From positions 1 through 13,067 of the forward strand of contig JBFGJG010000077.1 in assembly GCA_041577295.1 (NCBI GenBank): a DNA stretch of 13,067 bases, written 5' to 3'. The position numbers and the translations under genes were made by a program. Under the pieces are notes generated by a model that saw only the letters and a list, made by a program, of their open reading frames with translations, searched no databases and was not told where the DNA came from. Shown here one piece after another: positions 7,973 through 13,067 of the stretch. Every line of letters starts with the position of its first letter. Position 1 is the stretch's first letter. This DNA comes from Gemmatimonadales bacterium (lineage in GTDB: Bacteria > Gemmatimonadota > Gemmatimonadetes > Gemmatimonadales > GWC2-71-9).

Positions 7973-8027
7973 AGGGTAAGCTGCTCCTGGTGTTCTTCAG
8001 AGTGCGGCGACACCCGGAAGCAGCGCG

Positions 8028-8534
8028 ATGCGCGACGAAAGCAAGACGGTTCTCCGAGGCGGCCTAGTAGCCGGGCTTTTCGGCTACCTGGTCGTCGTGG
8101 TCGTCATGGCAGTGATTAACGCCCTCGCGGGACGGTCTGTCTTTCACACGGCCGCGCTCTTTGGATCGGCGCTCTTCTACGGGCTCGACGACCCCTCGGC
8201 GCTGCAAGTAGCGCCAGGTCCAGTTCTCGCCTACAACATGGTTCACGTGTTGGCGTTCCTCGCCCTGGGGTTCTTCGCCTCGTGGTTGGTCGAGAAGGCC
8301 GAAGAGTATCCCGTCACCCGCTTCCTCGTACTGTTTGTCCTGATCTTCGTGGCCGCTCACGTCTACGCAGCGGGACTGCTCTTCGCGCGCCCTCTCTTGG
8401 GTCCTTCGGCTTGGTGGGAGCTTGGCGTGGGTAGTGTCGCGGCCGCCCTAGCGATGGCTTGGTATCTCCTGCGGCTGCATCCCGCGTTGCGCCAGGGCCT
8501 GCGCGAGATCCCCATGGGGGAAGAGGGAAGCTGA
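8028..8534 (+). CDS. Uncharacterised integral membrane protein (about 4 TM helices)
   Basis: 168-aa ORF with four long hydrophobic segments, filling the gap between neighbours on the same strand. No family recognised. Confidence 0.75.
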   Translation: MRDESKTVLRGGLVAGLFGYLVVVVVMAVINALAGRSVFHTAALFGSALFYGLDDPSALQVAPGPVLAYNMVHVLAFLALGFFASWLVEKAEEYPVTRFLVLFVLIFVAAHVYAAGLLFARPLLGPSAWWELGVGSVAAALAMAWYLLRLHPALRQGLREIPMGEEGS

Positions 8535-8551
8535 GGGCCTGGCACGGCGGG

Positions 8552-8580
8552 CTGACTCCCCCCCTGTTCCGCTCTATCTT
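8552..8580 (+). promoter_or_regulatory. Candidate sigma70-type promoter for the peroxidase-nuclease pair
   Basis: CTGACT (8552-8557), 17-nt spacer, TATCTT (8575-8580). SD-like GGGAGG lies at 8623-8628. Confidence 0.35.
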
Positions 8581-8636
8581 TCGACCCAATCACATGTCGT
8601 CATGAGCGGCGGTGGCGCCGCTGGGAGGGGAGTGCG

Positions 8637-9224
8637 ATGCCGTGGATTGAGCAGATTCCAGTCGAGGAAGCGACCGGTCTGTTGAAAACGGAGTTCGATA
8701 AGGCCATGCGCCGGGCGGGACGCGTGTGGCACATCGTACATATCATGAGTCTCAACCCGCGTGTGTTGAAGGCCAGCATTGAGCAGTACATCCAGATCAT
8801 GTACGGACCGTCTCCACTTTCTCGGGTGCAGCGTGAGCTCTTGGCCACAGTGGTCTCCGCGGAGCTGGACTGTCATTACTGAACGCAGGCGCATGCGTAC
8901 GACCTCCGGGAAGAGGTCGCAAAAGCCGAGCTGTTCGCGGACGCCAAGGAGACTGATGCGTTTGTGAACGCCGTCGTACGGGACTGGCGCAGTGCGCCGC
9001 TGAGTGCCGAGGACCGCGCGCTTTGCGAGTTTGCCTCGAAGCTCACGCACAATCAACAGCAGATGATACCGGGAGACCTCGACCGTCTACGCGAGGCTGG
9101 GTGTGATGACACGGCGATCCACGATGCTACCCAGGTGATCGCATACTTCAACTACATCACGCGGATCGCGGATGCACTGGGTGTGGAGGACGAGGAGTTC
9201 ATCGAGCCAATTGGAAAACCATGA
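8637..9224 (+). CDS. AhpD/carboxymuconolactone-decarboxylase-like peroxidase-related enzyme, probable selenoprotein (CxxU; UGA at 8880-8882 read as Sec), 195 aa
   Basis: ORFs 8637-8882 and 8964-9224 are in the same frame, separated only by TGA 8880-8882 and 27 sense codons (TQAHAYDLREEVAKAELFADAKETDAF). Readthrough gives 'LSRVQRELLATVVSAELDCHY-U-TQAH', matching the AhpD 'RE.IA..VS..N.CxxCxxxH' motif. The distal part carries the family's 'RALCEFASKLT...DLDRLREAG...IAYFNYITRIADALG'. Confidence 0.9.
8880..8921 (+). promoter_or_regulatory. Putative bacterial SECIS element
   Basis: UGA followed by the stem CGACCTC (8900-8906) / GAGGTCG (8913-8919) with loop CGGGAA. The loop starts 24 nt after the UGA and has G at its second position, consistent with the bacterial SECIS consensus (G in the first two loop positions, about 16-37 nt from UGA). 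Confidence 0.72.
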
Positions 9225-9742
9225 GGTTGCGGCTGAGCCTTCGCCTCCCCGATCTCGTGTCCCTGGTCTCGCTCAGCGTCCTCTTCTCCGGGTGTCAGCG
9301 CACTGCAGATCGACCTCCACTTGATGCGACTTGCACGGTCGAGCGCGTTGCAGACGGTGACACGATTACGTGTCGAGAGGGAGAGCGTATCCGCATAGTC
9401 GGCATCGATGCTCCTGAACTGGATCAGCCGCCGTTCGGCGTTCAGTCGAGGGACGCGTTTTCCCGCTTGGCACCACCTGGAACCGCGCTCGGGGTCGAGC
9501 TTGCCGCGGATCCGCGGGACGACTTCGACCGAACGCTGGCCTACTTGTGGGACGGTGACGCGCTACTCAACGAGCAAATGATCCGCGATGGCTGGGCGGT
9601 CGTGTTCCTTATCTCGCCCAACGTCAAATACGCCGATCGCTTCCGATCCGCTGAGGAGGACGCGATGCGAGCAGGGAGGGGACACTGGGGTTCGGGCGGG
9701 TTCGTGTGTCGGCCGGTGGAGCATCGACGAGGGAGATGTTAA
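9221..9742 (+). CDS. Thermonuclease (staphylococcal nuclease, SNase) family protein, probable lipoprotein
   Basis: Motifs 'VERVADGDTI', 'RIRIVGIDAPE', 'RDDFDRTLAYLW', 'LNEQMIRDGWA', 'RAGRGHW'. Hydrophobic leader ends in the lipobox-like 'FSGC'. Start overlaps the upstream stop (ATGA). Confidence 0.9.
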   Translation: MRLRLSLRLPDLVSLVSLSVLFSGCQRTADRPPLDATCTVERVADGDTITCREGERIRIVGIDAPELDQPPFGVQSRDAFSRLAPPGTALGVELAADPRDDFDRTLAYLWDGDALLNEQMIRDGWAVVFLISPNVKYADRFRSAEEDAMRAGRGHWGSGGFVCRPVEHRRGRC

Positions 9743-9746
9743 CAGC

Positions 9747-9786
9747 TCCGTTTTCCCCTTCGGCCCGCCTTGTCCCTTTTCCGTCT
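9747..9786 (-). repeat. Degenerate purine-rich heptamer array (minus strand), upstream of the TonB-dependent receptor
   Basis: Minus strand AGACGGA AAAGGGA CAAGGCG GGCCG AAGGGGA AAACGGA. Confidence 0.45.
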
Positions 9787-9814
9787 GATTTGAAAAGATT
9801 ATGGTTTTCTCAAC

Positions 9815-11893
9815 ATGGAAACAGCACGCGTGAGGCTCGCAACCCTCGTCGTCACCCTGCAGCTGCTCGCCGTCTTCTCGAGTCAGCTCTCTGGGCAGAC
9901 CCCGCCCGATACCTCGCGCACCGACTCACTACCCGTTGCAGAGCTGGCACCGATCACCGTGTCCGTCGCCCGCAGCGATGCGCCGCTTCGAACGCTCTCC
10001 TTCGCAGTCGGGAGCGTCGACCGAGCCACGTTGGATCGGGGGCGCGCCACGCTCGGACTGGACGAGGCTCTGATTACGACGCCCGGCGTCCTCGCGGCCA
10101 ATCGATACAACTACACGCAAGATCTTCGCGTTTCGATTCGAGGGTTTGGCGCGCGGTCAGCGTTTGGTGTGCGCGGTGTGAAGATCTTGCTCGACGGTAT
10201 CCCACAGACGGGGCCTGACGGACAGGGTCAGTTGAGCAACGTCGAGGTCAGCGAGCTAGATCGCGTGGACATCCTGCGTGGGCCATCATCCAGCCTCCAC
10301 GGCAATGCGGCCGGAGGTGTGATTTCGCTCGTATCGACACGACGTCTGGCAAGTCGGTTCGCACCGGAAGCACGGGTGACGGTAGGCGCCTTTAATACGT
10401 GGAAGTGGACAGCCAGCGGTGAGGTACCGGTGGGCCCGGGCGCGGTCCGGGTTTCCGCCAGCCGGACCACGGTCGACGGTCATCGCGACCACAGTGAGGC
10501 GGAGCTGTGGCACGCGCAGCTCCGCGCCGTACAACCGCTGTCATCACGCACCACCCTCTCAGTCCTGGCGTATTTGGCGGATACGCCAAAATCCGAAAAC
10601 CCCGGCGCGCTCACCGCCGATCAGCTGGCGATGTCCGTTCGGCTCGCCGACCCGCGTAACGTCGCGATTGGGGCGAACGAGACGACGACTCAGTTTCAGG
10701 GAGGTGTGACGCTCAGCCACGCTTTCGCCGGAGGCGGCTCACTCGATGCCGTGGTGTACGGTGGATCGCGCACCGTGGGCAACGTCCTCACCTTTGCGTC
10801 GATCGACCTCACCCGACGCATCGGCGGGACACGCGCCAGCCTCACTATCCCCCGAATCATCGCGTCACTTCCCCTCGCCGTGACGGTGGGCGTGGACGCC
10901 CAATGGCAGCGCGACGATCGTCAGAACGTCAGTCCGGATGGCTCCGAGATCACCTTGGAACAGATCGAACACGTCTGGGAGCTTGGGCCCTTCATCCAGA
11001 GTCGCCTCAGACTAGGCGATCGTGTGATCGTGACCGGGGGGCTACGATACGACCGCGTGGCATTCGACGTGGACGATGCACTGCTCAGTGACGGTGACGC
11101 ATCCGGAAGCGAGGTCATGGCTTCCGTCTCGTGGTCGGCGGGGGTTACCGTCGACGTGGACGAGCGCGTCATACCGTACGCCAACGTGTCGACCGCTTTC
11201 GAGACGCCGACCTCCACCGAGTTAGTGAACCGACCCACCGGTGGTGGTGGTCTCAATCCACTGATCGAGCCGCAACACGCGACCAACTACGAGGTGGGCG
11301 TGCGGGGTCGCGTCTCCATGGTATTCGATTACTCGCTCGCACTCTTCACCACCGCCGTTCGCGACGAGTTGATTCCGTTCGAGGTCCCGACAGAGCCGGG
11401 CAGACGATTCTTCCGGAATGCGGGGTCCTCACGGCACAGTGGATTGGAGATTGGTCTCACCGCGCGGCCGATTCCAGCCGTCGCCCTCGTCGGCGCCTAC
11501 ACGCTGGCCGAGTATGAGTTCACGGATTTTCAAACCGAAGACGCGACGTTCGACGGCAACGAGATTCCTGGGGTGCCGACCCACCAGTTGCACTGGTCGC
11601 TGCGCCTGACTAGCGACAGGGGAATCTGGGGTGCGGTGGACAACACGCACACCTCGTCGATGTACGTCGACGACGCAAACGCGGCCACGAACGCCGGCTG
11701 GTGGACCACAGATCTTCGCGTCGGTTGGGAGGGCGGAAACGATCGGTGGCACGTGGCACCGTTTGTTGGTTTGCGTAACCTCTTCGACGAGCAGTACGCC
11801 AGCTCCGTGGTGGTGAACGCCTTTGGCGGTCGCTACTTTGAGCCGGCGCCCGGTCGCCACGCGTACGTTGGGGTCAGAATTGGGGGTAGGTAA
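9815..11893 (+). CDS. TonB-dependent outer-membrane receptor, YncD/PqqU-like subfamily
   Basis: Signal peptide and TonB-box-like 'PITVS'. Plug motifs 'QDLRVSIRGFGARSAFGVRGVKILLDGIPQTGPDGQGQLSN' and 'ILRGPSSSLHGNAAGGVI'. Barrel motifs 'AFETPTSTEL' and 'RNLFDEQYASSVVVNAFGGRYFEPAPGR', which are characteristic of YncD-like receptors. Substrate not determinable. Confidence 0.92.
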   Translation: METARVRLATLVVTLQLLAVFSSQLSGQTPPDTSRTDSLPVAELAPITVSVARSDAPLRTLSFAVGSVDRATLDRGRATLGLDEALITTPGVLAANRYNYTQDLRVSIRGFGARSAFGVRGVKILLDGIPQTGPDGQGQLSNVEVSELDRVDILRGPSSSLHGNAAGGVISLVSTRRLASRFAPEARVTVGAFNTWKWTASGEVPVGPGAVRVSASRTTVDGHRDHSEAELWHAQLRAVQPLSSRTTLSVLAYLADTPKSENPGALTADQLAMSVRLADPRNVAIGANETTTQFQGGVTLSHAFAGGGSLDAVVYGGSRTVGNVLTFASIDLTRRIGGTRASLTIPRIIASLPLAVTVGVDAQWQRDDRQNVSPDGSEITLEQIEHVWELGPFIQSRLRLGDRVIVTGGLRYDRVAFDVDDALLSDGDASGSEVMASVSWSAGVTVDVDERVIPYANVSTAFETPTSTELVNRPTGGGGLNPLIEPQHATNYEVGVRGRVSMVFDYSLALFTTAVRDELIPFEVPTEPGRRFFRNAGSSRHSGLEIGLTARPIPAVALVGAYTLAEYEFTDFQTEDATFDGNEIPGVPTHQLHWSLRLTSDRGIWGAVDNTHTSSMYVDDANAATNAGWWTTDLRVGWEGGNDRWHVAPFVGLRNLFDEQYASSVVVNAFGGRYFEPAPGRHAYVGVRIGGR

Positions 11894-11926
11894 GAGGAAA
11901 GAGGAAAAGGGAAAAAAGAAACGGGA
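11892..11926 (+). repeat. Five tandem degenerate purine-rich heptamers immediately after the receptor stop
   Basis: AAGAGGA AAGAGGA AAAGGGA AAAAAGA AACGGGA. Confidence 0.65.
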
Positions 11927-11954
11927 GGTGCGGAAACCGCGCACCACCGACAGC

Positions 11955-13067
11955 TCAGGGTGTTCCACTGTTGCCAAAGCTCGTCTGGGCGATGATGCGC
12001 TCGGACAACTCTGCCGCGAGTGCCGCCCGCGCGACTGATGCGCTATCCACCTCGGTTGTCGACGTTGATTGTTGCTCCATGGGGTCTACATAGGCCGCGT
12101 ACAGCAATGCATACAGGGACATGATGCCTTCCGACGGCGTGTCCACCCAACCCCGCGGGCGCTCTCGGGCCACCGCTTCATAGTGGTACACGTCGAAGAG
12201 TAGCGTTTCGGTACGCGGCAAATCCACCCAGCGAAGCGGTGGTGGCATCGGAACGATGTCTGGTGTCGCTCGCACTGGTTCGGGCATCACTTTGCGGGCG
12301 AGACCTTCACCCAACAGATACGGTGAGAAGCCGAGGTTGTCGGGGTAGGATCCCACCGTGCGCGAGAAGTAGAACGGTCGCTCAGCGAAGTTGTCACGGA
12401 TCAACGAGAGGACGAGTATGTCGGCGCGTGTGAGCACTCTCGGCTCGATTCGCGCGCGCAGCGTCCCCACCTCGAACACCCTCGTCTCGGCGACCGGGAT
12501 GCCTGGCGGGAGCGCGTCGATCTCCTCTTCACGCAACGCCAGTGGACGCTCACCTGGCGTTGGCCACACGCGCCCGTCACGCCACAGATACACGAGCAGC
12601 GCCGGTCCCACCAGCAGACCCATCAGGTGGTTCGTGAGGGTGAGGGCGAGGAGATACACGATCACGACCAGCCACCGTGTACGACGAACCTCATCGACCT
12701 CGTCGCTCCGTGAGCCAAAGGACCAGCGCAATGGAGAGCAGGCTCAGGGTGTAGACCTTTTCATTTGCCACCGACTGGTGCCAAACCGTGAACGACGTGG
12801 CACCCACGAGCACTCCGCCCGCCGCAGAAGCCAGCCGGATCCATCGCGGGCTCGTCACCATGCCGTGCAGGTAGCGCTCAGCCACCAAGAAGAGGAAGCC
12901 CGAGGCCAAGGCGCTGGTCGCCGCGGCAAACAGGTTGATGCGTAAGGCGTACCCCGATGCCCAGGGGACCAGGCCCCACACGTGTGCCAGCAGTACGAAC
13001 AGGGGATTTCCGGGTGGATGTGGAATCCCCAAGACCTTCGCGGCCGCGATGTACTCGGAAGCATCCC
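11955..13067 (-). pseudogene. DUF2723 / TMEM260-like GT-C membrane glycosyltransferase gene, frameshifted and probably internally deleted; 5' end lies outside the window
   Basis: Minus frame from the window edge reads '(W)DASEYIAAAKVLGIPHPPGNPLFVLL...WHQSVANEKVYTLSLL', the DUF2723 signature. It stops at TGA 12693-12691, while the expected continuation ('RWLVVIVYLLALTLTNHLMGLL') is in the other frame (ORF 11955-12731). Confidence 0.78.

Noticed and set aside
8946..9224. Independent gene starting at GTG 8964 with AAGGAG at 8946-8951
   Set aside because: The spacing is 12 nt, and the split would cut the CxxCxxxH motif in half and discard 27 in-frame codons containing the conserved His. Readthrough explains the data better, though minor internal initiation cannot be excluded.
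12691..12693. UGA in the DUF2723 gene as a recoded codon
   Set aside because: The family-like sequence continues in a different frame, so this is a frameshift rather than in-frame readthrough.
1..13067. CRISPR array, IS/transposase, integrase or prophage; thermonuclease and kinase as an anti-phage system
   Set aside because: No regularly spaced repeats or mobile-element genes are visible. The nuclease has a lipoprotein-type leader and the kinase is a membrane receptor type, and neither sits in a defence-island context here.

Overview
GC-rich bacterial chromosomal window. The gene content and style suggest Gemmatimonadota or a related FCB-group diderm (inference). In order: a 5'-truncated outer-membrane porin-like gene; a YbgC/4HBT-family thioesterase; a minus-strand tRNA-Ser(UGA); a single-domain globin; a membrane Hanks-type Ser/Thr kinase (Zn-ribbon, kinase, TM, three Ig-like repeats, C-terminal NTF2-like domain); two tandem paralogous outer-membrane beta-barrel genes; a small membrane protein; an AhpD/CMD-like peroxidase; a thermonuclease-family lipoprotein; a YncD-like TonB-dependent receptor; and a convergent, apparently broken DUF2723 (TMEM260-like) gene. 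The strongest hidden signal is that the two short ORFs 8637-8882 and 8964-9224 are one reading frame joined by an in-frame UGA. That UGA falls at the second Cys of the AhpD CxxCxxxH motif (CHY-U-TQAH) and is followed by a bacterial SECIS-like hairpin, so this is a probable selenoprotein. AhpD-like selenoproteins are a known class, so the point is a missed gene and its context rather than a new family. Other observations include a kinase plus twin-barrel module, inverted heptamer arrays flanking the TonB-dependent receptor, and a dif-like half site.
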